This document shows positions 1-13,739 of a stretch of DNA of 64,000 nucleotides, in pieces. Both the position numbers and the translations under genes were made by a program. The stretch comes from the human T2T-CHM13v2.0 reference genome, Homo sapiens, in assembly GCF_009914755.1 (NCBI RefSeq), contig NC_060925.1; one strand, written 5' to 3'. The notes below the pieces were generated by a model. The model had not been told where the DNA came from. It did no database searches and saw nothing but the letters and a program-made list of their open reading frames with translations. Each line of letters opens with the position of its first letter. Positions within the stretch are counted from its first letter, which is position 1.

Positions 1-945
1 GGGGCTCCAGATAGACTCCTAAAGCTATGAGAATTTTTGCTCCTCTGGGACCCACAGAGACACTTCCACAGAGGCCAGAGGCTCCACTCAACATCCATCC
101 CCTAGGTCTGAGGGACACATGGTTACAGGATACCTCACGCCCCAGACAAATCTGTGTTTCCTCTCCAAAATAATAAAGAGGGTTGGAACGAGTTTCACTG
201 AAGACTGAAAGTCTATTTCTCCTTCCCTTCTAGCCAGGGAGGTTAGGAGTAGGTGGCAAACTTTAAGAAAATGAGATGAGAAAGTGAGTTCTGTTTTGAC
301 ATAACAGAGAAGAAAGATGTGCACAGAAAGAGATTGATCTCCTTGAGTAAACGGAGCCCAGAGCATTTTTCTCATAGGCCATATTCATTTACCAGTGCTT
401 GAGAAAATCATTCCCTATCATTGTCCCCGCACCATAAGTCACATTCAGAATCTCCTTATCAAAACAAGATAAGGATCAGAAAAAAATGAGCTGGAGAGAA
501 CACATGTTGCCTAAGTCTGGGAAGTCATAATCTTAATATGAACGGCTTAAATAGCCCAGCTAACGAGCAGGTTCACTCTTAATTTTCTAAAACAATGGCA
601 GCTTTTGCCAGCTCTTTATCAAACCAAGATGGGACTTATCACAAGATGGTAAATGATTTCTCATCCATTATTTTATCAGTACCCCTGATTTATTTATTAC
701 CCTCAAAGGCATATTACTCTTAAAGTTTCTAGACTTCCTCTAGGAGGTGGGAGGGTGAGGGTGGAGAGAAATCCCACTGGTGGACTTGATCAAGATTTCT
801 TGCGTATGTTTCTTTTTTATTTCAGTACATGATTAATTCACCTGTTAATCTGTAAAAACTTCACCCTCCCCATCTCTGTCCCCACCCTCAGTGGCAAAGA
901 ACTATTCCTGTCCTTGAAACATTCTCAATCGAGAAATGTTTTTGA

Positions 946-1324
<379 letters not shown>

Positions 1325-2089
1325 TAATAATAATAAAACAGCAGAGATGAGGTAACACCGACAAGAATTAACTCTTCAACTCCTCGAGAAAGAAATCCTT
1401 TCTCCGTCTTTATCTACTGCCTTGAGTAGACTTGGAAAAGATGTCCACCATTTACTGACCTATGATTTCCCCAAATTCTAAAGATCAAGGCAAGAAAACC
1501 TGGCTGAAGTGGGATCTACCAGTAATTCACTGAGAGACTGAACATAAAATTAACGATTTGCTCCCTGGGTGAGTTCCTGCCTGTACAGCCGAGGGCACCA
1601 CAGCCCCTTCTTCTTGGGGCTTCCGATTCAAGGACATGACAAAAGGATCCGGATTGGCTGAATGTGATTCAGATGGAAAGGTACACAACAACATCTACAT
1701 CTACATGCAGTTGTTAAAATGTGGCTTGAATGAGACTCACCCTCATTCGTCCCTGTTTCCCCACCCTCCTCATTATTCACCTCCTGCATCTTCTTCTGTT
1801 GGGGGTGGTGTTTATGGCATTCCTCTATTGCCTGGAGAGTTGTCACAGCATTTTGATGAAGAATGGTTTGTTTTTCTGCAAAATCCTGAGTTTCATCCAA
1901 TTAACCTTTATCCTCTTTGTTATATTAATTTGAGCAGCCCTTGGCTATGACAAGAAAGAACCTCCCTTTTCCTCCATCAGCTCAACCCATCCTTCTCTTC
2001 AAGACCAACCTCTGCACTCAGGGAGGGCCCCACTTCCCCTTCACCACCCTCAGCTCACATTAGCTTGCTTCTGGCAATAATTTACAATT

Positions 2090-2250
2090 CGGATACTTAC
2101 CAGAATCACCTGAGGGCCTGCAAAGTCTGTGTTTGGAGCCATCTGGACACAGGTCTAGATTTCTGCATTGATGTGGGCAGGGATATGGCCTAGGCATCTG
2201 CATTGTTTAAACTTTCCAGGAGATCCCAGTACCTTAGGAGGATGAGACCC
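2090..2250. mobile_element. MER5-like hAT-Charlie MITE, degenerate
   Basis: AGAATCACCTGAGGG...GGCCTAGGCATCTGCATTGTTTAAACTTTCCAGGAGAT resembles MER5A/B. Confidence 0.5.
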
Positions 2251-3380
2251 TCATGGCTGCACAATGCACACTGCTACCTCCATGCCAAGGCATTCTGATT
2301 TACGTGGTCTGTGATGGCACATGTGTGGGGATTCTCAAAGGTTTCCAGATGACTCTTGCACAGGTTGATGGAGAGCCGCCAGCTTCCTCCTTATCGATTG
2401 TGCGACAAGGTGTGAATATTGCCTACAATGTCACGAGTAGGCCTGCTGTCCTCTTTCCTAGAAGCTTGGAGTCCCAGGGACAGCACAGACTGCATGAGGA
2501 ACAGAATGACTAGACTCATTCCTCGAACCCGAAGCTCCAGCACCACACACAGTTCTCCACGCCCATGTGACATTCATCTCCCCAGGGCCAGATCCAGATT
2601 TTTACAGGGCCTAGTTCCCATTCAATTTGGAAAGGGGGCCTCCTTGATAAATGATTTCCAAATTATGGGTAGAAACTGAGGTTTGGAGGCTCCCTTGTGG
2701 CTTTCTTAGCTCCGAGGTTAACACGGATCACCTGCTCCCAGGTGGGTTTGCTTAGATTGCTAGCAGCCTGGTGGAGTCTGTAGACAGATCTGTGAGGACC
2801 GGGACCATTTCCCCCACCTTTCAGGGCTGTTCTGGACCCTGACATTATACTTGGAGATATTTCTTCTGGAATCACACGCAGATGAAAGCTCCAGAGAAAA
2901 GGCCACTCATTCCCCCAGAGGATGCGCCCAGCTCTGCAAGAGGCATCAGCCCTTAATATATGGAATGTATTTTGCCAGGACCATGACGGTCATTAGAAAT
3001 GGGCCTTGGGTGTCATTACCCCAGAGTCATCGTGGTGAAGTATGTGTCCTCTGAGTAGACAGAACATTAGAGCGCCCTGAACTGAATTGGTCAGCCGAAA
3101 ACACCAGAGTGTTTTATCCTTGGAAGGAAATTAAGCCATTTATTGGAGGACAGAAGTTCAGTATAATAGTTAAAGCAATCTGACATTTCCATAAGTTAAT
3201 AAAATGTGTATGGCTGGCATAATTCGGTATGTAAAAGCATTGATCTCTCCTCCCCAAGGTCCCAAAGGAGAATTCTGGGCAGTAGGAAGAGGCAGAAGGT
3301 CAGGGTCAATGACATTAGACCTGTGTCATTGAAGATCAGCCCGCCTGAGCAAGAACCCCATGCACCCATGCACACTCTTG

Positions 3381-3556
3381 CACTCACTCCCCTACTTCCC
3401 CACTCCCCCACTCCCCCACTCCCCCGCTCCCCCACTCCCCCACTTCCCCGCTCCCCCACTCCCCCACTCCCTCACTCCCCCACTCCCCCACTCCCCCACT
3501 CCCCCACTCCCTCACTCCACCACTCCCTCACTCCACCACTCCCTCACTCCCTCACT
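3381..3556. repeat. C-rich simple repeat (CCCCCACT/CCCTCACT)n
   Basis: About 20 degenerate 8-bp units, seen directly; causes the Pro/His-rich ORFs at 3206 and 3360. Confidence 0.95.
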
Positions 3557-3731
3557 GAGGTTGCTCATTCACGTGCACATTTTTGAGACTCAGCTCAGAT
3601 CTTGCCCATTTTCTGTGTCTTTCTCCCACTCTCTTGTTCAAAGCATACACTTCCTGATGCATACATGTGGAGCCTAACTATGATCCTTTCTCAGGCTCAT
3701 ACTGTGAAGTATGGCAGAACCATGTATAGCA

Positions 3732-3822
3732 CAACTATGAAGACAGGCACCTCTCAACTATGAAGACAGGCACCTCTCAACTATGAAGACAGGCACCTCT
3801 CAACTATGAAGACAGGCACCTC
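3732..3822. repeat. Perfect 23-bp tandem repeat, ~4 copies (CAACTATGAAGACAGGCACCTCT)
   Basis: Copies at 3732, 3755, 3778 and 3801, with no spacers. Confidence 0.97.
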
Positions 3823-3910
3823 CTGTGCTAATCCTTTAATTCTCAGCACTTAACAGAGAGCCTGGAGCAAACAGGCACTCACACGCCGGCTAAATGAATG
3901 AAAGAATGTG
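3823..3910 (+). mobile_element. L2 3' end
   Basis: CAGCACTTAACAGAGAGCCTGG...AGGCACTC...TAAATGAATGAAAGAATG tail. Confidence 0.6.
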
Positions 3911-3989
3911 AATGTACCATCAGGTGTGTCTTACTTGGTAAAATCCCTGCTCATGTGACGGCATGGTGGAATCTGAGTGGTGTTTCCAG

Positions 3990-4175
3990 GTCTCTCAGGC
4001 ACTAACTCTGGGGGTCCTTAGGCAACACCTCACATTCCATGTCTATTTCCTTACCTATAAAATGGGGGCAATAATGGCACCCACTTTATTGGGATTAAAT
4101 GAGATTATTTCTACAAACATTGGTAGAGTGCCTGACCTACAATAAACATTTAATAAAGTTCTGCAGTTATTGTTT
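3990..4175 (+). mobile_element. MIR SINE
   Basis: Core TTTCCTTACCTATAAAATGGGGGCAATAATGGCACCCAC...GGATTAAATGAGAT...GTGCCTGAC...TAATAAA. Confidence 0.8.
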
Positions 4176-7004
4176 TGCCAATGGCAAGCTCTTATAAAAA
4201 GAGATGAGCTCACAGAACCACGTTTATTTAAAACATTTGCTTTTTCTTCATCTCTGTCCCTAGCGCTCATAGGCAACATTTTTGCAGTGGACATAGTTTT
4301 AGTTGGGGTAATAATAGTATGATTAGATCCTCAACTCACGTGGTGGAAATCAAGAGCAACAAGGAAATGTACAACTCTCCCGGGAGAGTACACGGATGAT
4401 GTCCAAAAGCAAATGGTACGTTCAAACTCAGCAGGAGTGAAATGGATGATAGAGATGCCTTCAACTAGCCCACAGCAAATTATCCGCTGATTCTTCTCCA
4501 CTGTTTAATTAGGGTAACACAGCCAACACAGCTCAGTACAAAGAAACCATTTTAATGAGTGTTCACAGTGAAATCAATGAGGCTGACAGGTAGCAAAATA
4601 TCTCCATTTGTTTTTCTTGGATATAGGCACAATTGGATGTTGAATTAGGTCAAGGGCAGGGTCAGCATGTATCATCATGCCTGCTGTGGATGCCACGGTC
4701 TGGACCTCTTAGAAGCTGCCCTTCCTTCTCTAAACCCACAATGGGCATTCTGTGTTGGCTTCTTGTCCCTTGATGCTCAGGTGAGTGGTTGGAGCTCTGT
4801 GCTGGTGAGGCCCCTGGATTTGCCTGGGATGAGGATTTTTGCCCCTGTTGCATATCCTAGAGACCTTCTGTCATGAACAGTGTACCTAGGAGAGGAATTC
4901 AAGCATTATATGGATGCCAAAGTGAATGGCTTTAAAACCCTGAGGTCCTATGACCTACAAAAGTGTGTCTCCCATCACCCAGAGCCCTATTTGAATCCAT
5001 TCTCATGAGATACAGGTGGCAGTAAGAGGAACACTCTCACATGAGTCTGAGCAGAATAGGAGGGGTAGACAACCCTTCACCATTTTAGCCCCTACATAGA
5101 TAGGACTACTGATACCCAGATTGTACACTGAATGTGAGAGACTCGTGGTTTCTCCCTTATTCCCAAATATTCCCAGTACCAACAGTTTCCTTGGATAGTC
5201 TCCCCAAACCTGGGACTCCACCCAGGGTGGTGTTTAAGAGATGGTAAATGAACTTCAGGGGGCATTGGGGAGCACTCAGGGTATGGAGGAACATAGCATC
5301 ATGCCATGAGGAAATCATTTCCTTTACTTTCAACCCTGCTGATTATATCAAGGAGGACATAGAGTTGGGCGCTGGTTTGGTTGGACAATCTTCATGTCCT
5401 GCCAACCTCCCATTTGAATAGAGAGAGCAGCGTTATGTTTACAGTCTTCAGCAGGCAGTAAAAAAGCGCCTAGAATTTGATAACGCTTTTCATTTTGTAA
5501 TTATTTTATAGTTTATTTTACTTAATTCCATTTACAATTAAAATGTGATTTCTCTCTCAAAGTAGTTTGTTTTGTTAGAAAAAGTTACTTAGCTTAAATA
5601 AAACATAAATGACCTAGTAACACAGGTGCATTGGGAGAGACTGATGACTTCAGAGTTGCAGTCCTTGGTTGGTGGTTTTGGTTCCTGGATGGGCGTTGTC
5701 CTTGATGGCTCAGCACCAGCTGGGTGGGTGTGAAAGGGCAGTGGGTGAGGGTTGTCAGCAGGACCCCAGAACATCAGCTCCCTCATCCTGACATCAAGTG
5801 TCTGCATGAATTTCTTTGGAAGAAAGGGCCTCTGCCACTGACACTAATGTTAGACAGCTGTTCCAAGTGTTCTAGGAGAAGATGAGCTAAACAAATGGGC
5901 TCCACACAGGAAATGCTCTCTGGGAATAAGCGTGGGTGTGGAGTGGAGGTGATTGAGTCCCAGAGTTTCTCTGGAAGAAGATGGGCTCAGCTTTGACATT
6001 GCTGGGGAACTTGAAGCAAACACCACTTGGGAGCTTGTTTACTCCATATCCTCTGAGGGATACAGAGGCCAGTGGGGAGCAACATGGAGATATAATTCTA
6101 GAATCAGGGCACACTCCAGTCTGACACCCATTGGCTGTGTGACCTTGAACTTGGGCAGTCAACTTTGACTTTTATCACTTGCAAAAGGGGTTGAAGACTG
6201 CTCAACATGAAGTGCCATTTAAGAAATCCCAGTGAATGCTGATACAGAGTAGCAGTGCTTGTTGAGGGTCCAGTAAGAGCAGTCATTATTTTTATAGTCA
6301 GATGGCAGGAAGCACCTCTCTCCTTGATCCTATCCTTTCTTGATGGGCTTCAAGGACATCCATAGCTGGGCAACCATAGGGCAAGACCCTCACTCCCTTG
6401 CCAACCCACGTCTCTCCAATAGGAGCCAAGCTGGCTCACTTGAGTTTCACTTTGTGTATTCAATTGCCAAGTCCCTGCCAAAGTATTTTCTTCTATTAAG
6501 TGTCTAGCAGAATCTGTTCATGCAACATGTTGTCATCATCTGCCATTTGAAGCTGATTCAGCCATTAGCACCCCTCTATGTTTCTATAAATATTTAAACT
6601 ACCAATACTTGCTAATCGCCTCGGTATAAAATTAGGAAGGATCAGAGGATGTTGATTCACCTTGGTTATTAAAAAGTCAGCTTAATCTTTAGTGCTGAAG
6701 TGCTTCCTGCTACTAGAAGATGAATGTGAGTAAGCAGATTGGAACGTGCACAGGAGTATATGTTTTGTTTTGTTTTTTTAAGCCAAATAAATCATTCTAA
6801 CACCTGCAGCCCGCACACTAATTGGCCTGTGTCTTCGTTGCAGTGGTACTTCAGGCCACAGTTAGGAATAATTCTGTATTGTCTCCTGTTTTCCCTACCA
6901 ACTTTCACATCCTCATCTCACACCCAGCCTTCCTCGTGGTGCCCCTGCAGAGGACCGAACGCCCCACTGACCTTGTGAGCACCACTCTGTATTCATGGAT
7001 ATGC

Positions 7005-7096
7005 AGATTGAGTGTTCCAGAAGATGGCAGGCTTATTAGACTGAGTTTGTAGATTGAATGTTCCAGAAGATGGCAGGCTTATTAGACTGAGTTTGT
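7005..7096. repeat. 46-bp tandem duplication (45/46 identical)
   Basis: AGATTGA(G/A)TGTTCCAGAAGATGGCAGGCTTATTAGACTGAGTTTGT at 7005-7050 and 7051-7096. Confidence 0.97.
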
Positions 7097-8251
7097 TTGA
7101 ATTTATAGTGAAGACCTCTCACCAGATGGTCAGGGCTTGGTTTTCAGGTAAGCCAAAATATAGGAAAAGGGGTTTTTTTTCTTTGCAAAAATTCAGCTCA
7201 CAAGATCCCAGGGTCAGTGTGGCAAATCGTCCTCATCTGGATTCGTATTTCCTGGCCCCTTGCCCATGACAGGCATCACGAGTTGATCACAGCTCTGTTT
7301 CCCACAGATCAAGGATTAGAGCTCAGGGTCCTCCCTGGTGCAAGCAGTCACCATCAGGTAACACCTGATGAAATCTCTTTGTGGTCCTGGACTTTAGCTA
7401 TTTTTTTAAATTGAAAGGAGATTTTTTTTCCTTGTAAAATAGAAATCCTTCTATATACAATCATGGAATTCTCATGAGTTTGCAATCAGTATTGACATTG
7501 ACTCATCAAAGACTATGTGACCCTCCCAGTGAGTCTGGGTGGTGCTTGTTCCAATTTCCAGCTGAATCTCCTTGCCCACAACAGAGCTTCCAGATAAAAG
7601 GTGGTGACTCGCTGAAGGTCACAGGGATTTGTGGAAGAGTTGGGTGTGAACCATTTTCCATATCTTTGCCTGTTGCCTTTTCCACCATGGGCTATGAACA
7701 TTTATTCAACCACACAAACCATTTCTTACCAGTCTGAAATAACTCTGTCCAGCCTAGAGAAGATATTAGCAGGAAGTGTTTATGAGTGTCCTTGGGTAAT
7801 CCTGTGCCTTTTATCTCCTCCAGTCCTTGCATGCCTTGCCCATGGTAGATTTGCAATGAGTGAAGACTGTTTATTGCATGTGACCCTATTGAAAAGGCTT
7901 ATTTTTAAAATCACATTTCCTAAAAGTAGAATTCACACAAATGGTGTTGGTTTTTCTGTTTTGATGCACAAACCATTTTCTGCTTTCTACTCGCCTTTGC
8001 GGGCAGCTCAGACAGGCAGTGGAGTCTTCGTGGGGGCATCAGCGATGCTCTCCATGGGCTGTGCCTGGGCCCCGGTCACATGCTGGGCTCTGAGGGACCA
8101 TTTACATGGCTATGTATGGCACATCTGCATGATGGGCGATGTGGTGGGCATGGCAGAACATTCAGAGGCACACACAGATCTAACTGCTTCTTCATAAAGA
8201 TTCTTACACAAAATGCTAGGGGCCTGGTGACTTTCACCATAACTAAGACTT

Positions 8252-8604
8252 TCTCTTAGTCTGCTTGGGCTGCCATACATAGCAAAATACCATCGATCAA
8301 GGAGCTTATGCAGCAGGTGTTGATTTCTCACAGCTCTGGAAGCTGAACACCAAGATCAAGGTGCTCGCTGATTCAGCTCTTATGGCAAACCTTCCTGGCT
8401 TGCAGATGGCTGCCTTCTTGCTGTGCCGTCATATAATAGAGAAAAAGTCTTCTTTATAAATCACTGAGCCCATCCTGGGGCCCTACTCCCCTGACATCTA
8501 AACTTAATTGCCTCCCAAAGGCCCTACCTCCAAGTACAATTACTTTGAGGGTTAGGGATTCAACATACGAATTTTGGGGTGACATAAACACTCAGTCTAT
8601 AACA
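8252..8604 (-). mobile_element. MLT1A-type MaLR solo LTR
   Basis: TTAGTCTGCTTGGGCTGCCATA...TTTCTCACAGCTCTGGAAGCTG...CAAGATCAAGGTG...CTCAGTCTATAACA. Confidence 0.85.
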
Positions 8605-8676
8605 ATGCTCCCTCAATGCCCGCCAGAAATTGTTAGCTTCATTGGATGGTGGTGAGAGAGAGGGCTTTGGTTAAAT

Positions 8677-8810
8677 CAGTCCTGAATTTGGGCAGCACAT
8701 TGACATCTCTGATTTCATTAGTTGGGTATGGTCTGGGTTTGGTCTGGGGGTTGCGAGTTTTAAAACCACCCCGGGTGATTCTAACGTGCAGCCAAGGTTG
8801 CCAGACACAG
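8677..8810 (+). mobile_element. MER5A MITE (internally deleted)
   Basis: TTAAAACCACCCCGGGTGATTCTAACGTGCAGCCAAGGTTG matches the MER5A end. Confidence 0.7.
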
Positions 8811-11319
8811 AGTAACTGCATTCTTTATGTGCCTGCATTATATGATGTCTGGTCCTCCCAGAGGAAGACACCTGGCTGTAGGAGAAAAATGACATTAACT
8901 TACATTTTTGAGTATGCCTCTGTACCAGGTGCTGAACAGAGTGTTCTGACTTATCGTGACTGTGACGTTCATCATTGTAGTAACTCTCATTTCCCTGTTT
9001 TCAAGATGAGGTGGCAGAAGTTTGGGGCCTCAGGTCTAGCTTCCTTGCAGAGTTCACATCTTTGCTTGTGCCCCTCCCTCTGCTGCCTTTTAACAAGAGC
9101 AGAATCTCCAATGCTCTCTGTGCTCAAAAAGAAGAGGAAAGAAGCTCATCTGAGGGAACCCAGGAATTTGGGGAGCTGGGATACGCTCCATCATTTGGAG
9201 AGTGACAAATTCTACCCGGCTTCCAAGAAGACACTCAGAGAAGTGAAGACTGAGGGAGGGGGCTGTGTTGAGAGGCTCGCACAGTCACTGGGCACCTTCT
9301 TGGTTCCCTCTTGCTTAGTCCTGGGTGGCAGTCGCCCAGATGCAGGGCAACCGGTTCTGCATTTCACATCTGAGCTGCCCAGAAGCTGTGACTTCCAAAG
9401 CCTGCATTTCCACTAGCTGCAGCGGCTGCCTACCTGCAGGTCGGGAGAGCCAGTTGGCCTGCGAGTCAAAGCCACATTTGAGTACCGGGTGGCCCTTTCT
9501 CCACTGAGTCCTGGCAACAGGTTGCACCCCACAGCACAATGCCAGCCTCTTTCCGGGCGCAGCGGCTCTCAGTGAAGCGCGAAGCCCAGGTTCCAGTCAA
9601 AGAATTGCCAAGCGAGTACACACAGCGTTTCCAGCTCATTTCCCTGCATTATCCCAGGTCTGTGTATAAACAAAAAATCAATAATAGCTCTTGGTGGTAT
9701 TTTAATTGGCATTAGCTGTGTTTTAATTAGTAAGAGAAGCAGGAGGAGGGAGGTCAGGGGAAACTCCTCTCTGACTGCCACCTCCTCCGGAGTGTTTATA
9801 CACCTCCAGGGAAGGCACAGCAGCCCCTGGCTTTCTTTCTTGAACTGCCCATTAGGATAATTCATTCACAATAAGCATCTCTTCTCGAATCTGATTCAGG
9901 GCTCCCAGGTTAACGTCCTCAGTCTAGGAAAATAGCACCTGCAAATTAAATGTACGCCGGGGCTCCATTGCTTAGCACTGTCTAACAGTTTGCAAAAAGG
10001 TGATTTGCAGATTTAAAAGGAGATTCAGTCTTTGAGAGGCAGGCAGAAGGCGTGGAGGGACAGCGGTGGCCTCCAAGAGGGGACAGAGTGGCTCAAATCC
10101 TAAACCCACCTCCCAGAGGTTGTGGGGTCTGCAACAAACCCTCCTGTTGTCTGAGGAATTTCCTAACTGAGGTATTCAGACTCGATTTAAGGGGCTTGGG
10201 AAGGGGCATGTAGCAGTGAGGACAGGAACTAACCCATTATTAGAATCTGCTGGGGGGAGGGCGAGATTGGGAAGGTCTGTGTTGTTTTAAGAAGTTGATG
10301 CATATAAGCAGCCTCCAACACTGCAACAGTTTTCCAACAAAAGGAAACTTCTGGAAAAAATAAGTTAAGTCAGTGTTTTCATTAATGAGATGTACTTTTA
10401 GCAGCCCATTTAAAAATTTATTTTCAAACAGCATCAAAAAAAGTGAGGCAGGACCTCGCTTTTTTTTTTTTTTTTAGATTTAACCAAATAAGTGGTATGG
10501 GTTAAAGAAATGGGAAAACCCTGGACTCTCCCATCTTTCATATTCTGTAATTTTATCTGGTGGGGAGATCTATTAAAATTAAAAAAAAAAAAAGAAAACA
10601 TTTGGATCATTTGCAGAATTCAAGCTATGCCCACTGATCCCAGCACGTATCAAACACCAACACCAGGCTGACAGGGGCTGAGCTTTGCTGCACACAGATG
10701 AACAGGGCAGCAGTTTGATCCTTAATCCTGTAGACAGGAATCTAGGTCTTCACTCCGTCTAGACAGCACGCATCTGAGGCTCTGTCCCTCCAGGCTGGCA
10801 TGGAGATGCCTCTCCTTTCCTCCTCCTTCATCACCTCATTTCCTTCCCTAAACATCAGTTTCCACACGGCATAAATGTTGTTTTTATTTCTAGTCTTCCA
10901 AACATAAATTGAGTCACCTTAGCATCTTCCCCTGGCTTCGCCTTGCACGAGGACAATCCCAGGCTACTTGGCCTTGGGGGCTCCTCCTGTTCCTCCCTTT
11001 CGCCACTCAGGATGCCCAGTTCAATTGGTCTGGAGGGGGGCTCTGGGTGTTACTTCCAAACACCCCATCCCAATAGGTGACTCTAAAGTGCAGGCAAGAC
11101 GGGCTGCTGCTCCTAAGAGTTCCAAAGATAGAAAGCATTTGAGTTTGGGGTAACTCGAATCTGGGCATTGCATGGGGCATCCCAGTTGGATTTAAAATCA
11201 GGTAAAGTATTTACAAGTAGAGGTGAGGAAGGGCATTCCAGACCAAGAGAGCAGCCAGGAGGGGCAGCGGATGCCAGGTAGGGGATGAAGGCTTGGGCGG
11301 TGTTCCCTCCAACTAGTCA

Positions 11320-12275
11320 GTGCTTGGGCTGAACAATGGCCCCCCAAGGTTTCAGGTTCTAATTCCTACTTGTCAGTGTTTTTTTTAAAATTCAACTTTT
11401 ATTTTTGAAACAGGGGGTACATGTACAGGTTTGTTATGTGGGTATATTACACCCAGGTACTAAGCATAGTGTGCAACAGGTAGTTTTCCAGCCCCCCTCC
11501 AAGTAGACTGCAGGGTCTGTCCCCATGTTGATGTCCATCTGTGCTCAGTGTTTAGCTCTCACTTACAAGTGAGAACATATGGTATTTGGGTTGCTCTTCC
11601 TGCATAAATTTACTTAGGATAATGGTCTCCAGCTGCATCCATGTTGCTGTGAAGGACATGTTTTCATTATTTTTTTGTGGCTGTATAGTATTCCATGGCG
11701 CGTATGTCCCACACTTTCTTCATCCAGTTCATCTTTGATAGGCACCTGGGTTGATTTCATGTCTTTGCTACTGTGAATAGCTCAGTGATGAACATACAAG
11801 TTCATGTGTCTTTTGGTATAATGACCTATTTTCCTTTGGGTATATACCTAGTAATGGGATTGCTGGAACCAATGTTACCTTATGTAGAAAAAGGGTCTTT
11901 GCAGATGTGGGGTCTGTGCAGCTTAAGGGTTGTGAGATGGAGAGATTATACTGGATTATTTGGGTAAGCGCTAAATGCAATCACAAGTGTTCCTATAAAA
12001 GACAGATGAGGGAGATTTCACACATACAGATGAGGAGACCACATGAAGATGGAGGCACAGACTGGAGCAATACAGCCACAAGCTAAGGAAGCCCAGAAGA
12101 CACCTGAAGCTAGAAGAGGCCGGGAACCTCCCCTAGAGGCTTTGGAGGGACTGCAGCCCCACCAATATCTTGATTTTGGAATTGTGTCCCCCAAAACTGT
12201 GAGAGAAAAAATTTCTGTTGTTGTGAGCCACGCAGTTTGTAGAAATTTCTTCTAGCAGCCCCAGGAAGCTCATGC
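11320..12275 (+). mobile_element. MLT1C/D MaLR LTR split by an L1 insertion
   Basis: 5' piece GGGCTGAACAATGGCCCCCCAA (11320-11378) resumes at ~11870 AATGTTACCTTATGTAGAAAAAGGGTCTTTGCAGATG and runs to AGCAGCCCCAGGAAGCTCAT. Confidence 0.8.
11379..11867 (-). mobile_element. L1 3' end (L1PB/old L1PA type), 5'-truncated
   Basis: Poly-T then GGGGTACATGTACAGGTTTGTTA...TTTGGGTATATACCTAGTAATGGGATTGCTGG; ORF 11768 reads [12 protein letters not shown] (ORF2 C-terminus). Confidence 0.9.
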
Positions 12276-13170
12276 TGCTAAAGTGGAAGATCTTTAGCAG
12301 ACAGATTTGGCAGCCTGGGGCTAAGGTACAGGAAGGGGAATGCAGTGGGAGCGGGAGGCATGTTCTGGAGACAGGGAGACTGAAATCCAGGGCGGCTCTG
12401 GGTCTGCCTCAGATTATTGTCAACAGAAGCTTAAAGGAAATGAAAATAATAGAGTGTGGCAACAGAGAGAGGAGGTCAGGCTCCCCCAGGGCTGAGAGAA
12501 GAACTGACAGCGTGAGCAGAGTCTCCTGCAAGGATGGCCCTCCCTCACTAAGGCAAGGGAGTCAGAAGTCAGGGATGGACTGACGCCGAGGCCGGGAGCT
12601 GGTAGGGTGAAGGAGCCCCTTGCACAGATGGTCTCTCAGGAGGCATCAGGGTAGCATCCTCCAGGGTTGGTCCCTGGCCACACTAAGGTCATCCCCATGG
12701 ATTCTGAGCACCCAAGCAAGAGCTGACCCTAAAGACTCCATGAAGTGCCTTACAGGGAGAAGCCAACATCTGCCACATCCACCTTGTCCACCACAAGTAC
12801 CTGGAAGAAGCTGCCACCAGCTTCTCAAACTTACCAAATTGTGGAAATGCTGTGTGTGTGAGAGAGCGAGAAAGAGGTGGGAATGGGAAAGTAAAGAGAG
12901 AGGGAAAGAGATAGAGGGGAGAGGAGAGAGAGAGCTGTCTGTGTTTCTCTTTTGACAGGACTCTTGTTTATTCTGGAAAACAGCGGTCCCGAGCAGAGCA
13001 GCGCTGGAGAATCATTTCTACTTTATTTGGGAGAGCGCTTCTTCACGCCAGAATCCCATAAACTGAAGTCTTCCAGATTATAATCACACGTGTTAGTGTT
13101 GGGAACTAAGGCAGGGATTTACTGACAACACTCAAACATTTCATTTTTTTTATTCGTTCCACCTAGCAGA

Positions 13171-13340
13171 GATTCATTCATGTATTCACTCATTCATTCA
13201 TTCACTCATTCATTTGTTCACTTATTCATTCAACAGACATCAGGCCAAGGGGCATTCTTCCAGGCACCAATGATTAAGCAGGGAGCAGGGAGCAGCGAGC
13301 TGGGGACCCACCTGCCTTATGGGCACATGGTCCAGTGAAG
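13171..13340 (-). mobile_element. L2 3' end with (ATTC)n tail
   Basis: (CATT)n run followed by CAACAGACAT...CCAGGCAC. Confidence 0.65.
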
Positions 13341-13739
13341 AAGTTTGGGGATTTTGACTCTGCCACTGAATTGATCAACTCACCCCTTGCCTGTCACAGC
13401 CTTCTGACATACAAAAAAGTAATCAAAAAAGCTCCATTGCCTCCATCAAAATTATCAACAAAAATGTCACATGGGCCCCTGCTGCTGACAAAATCCTCAA
13501 GCAAAGCAAGAGAACACCCCTTCTGGATTGAGAGCTCCCTGAACCCCATACCCTGGGTCCTCTTTCAAAATTTGCCCCTTTCTCCGATTGCCTAAGACAT
13601 TCTGCATTCTCGCGTCTGGGGAACACACTTTATCCTCTTCTTTCTTATTCCTACCAGACTGAGAGTGATGAAAGCTTCTTCTCAAATCAATTTCTGCCTA
13701 GGAGAACACCTAGATGGATGGGGAAAGCTGCCTACCTTG

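Noticed and set aside
1730-1933. Hydrophobic 67-aa ORF as a membrane micropeptide
   Set aside because: Explained by T-rich composition; no promoter, splice or homology support
3306-3332. TCAATGACA-N9-TGTCATTGA palindrome
   Set aside because: 9-bp inverted repeats with short spacers are expected several times by chance in 64 kb
3196-3677. Pro/His-rich and Gly-rich ORFs
   Set aside because: Translations of the CCCCCACT simple repeat
3732-3822. 23-bp identical repeats as a CRISPR array
   Set aside because: Head-to-tail units with no spacers, no cas genes, primate DNA
7631-8197. 188-aa ORF
   Set aside because: Non-ATG start, no recognisable homology; consistent with a chance ORF
8646-9416. 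Longest ORF (256 aa)
   Set aside because: Runs through MER5A and MIR-like remnants; no recognisable domain or exon structure
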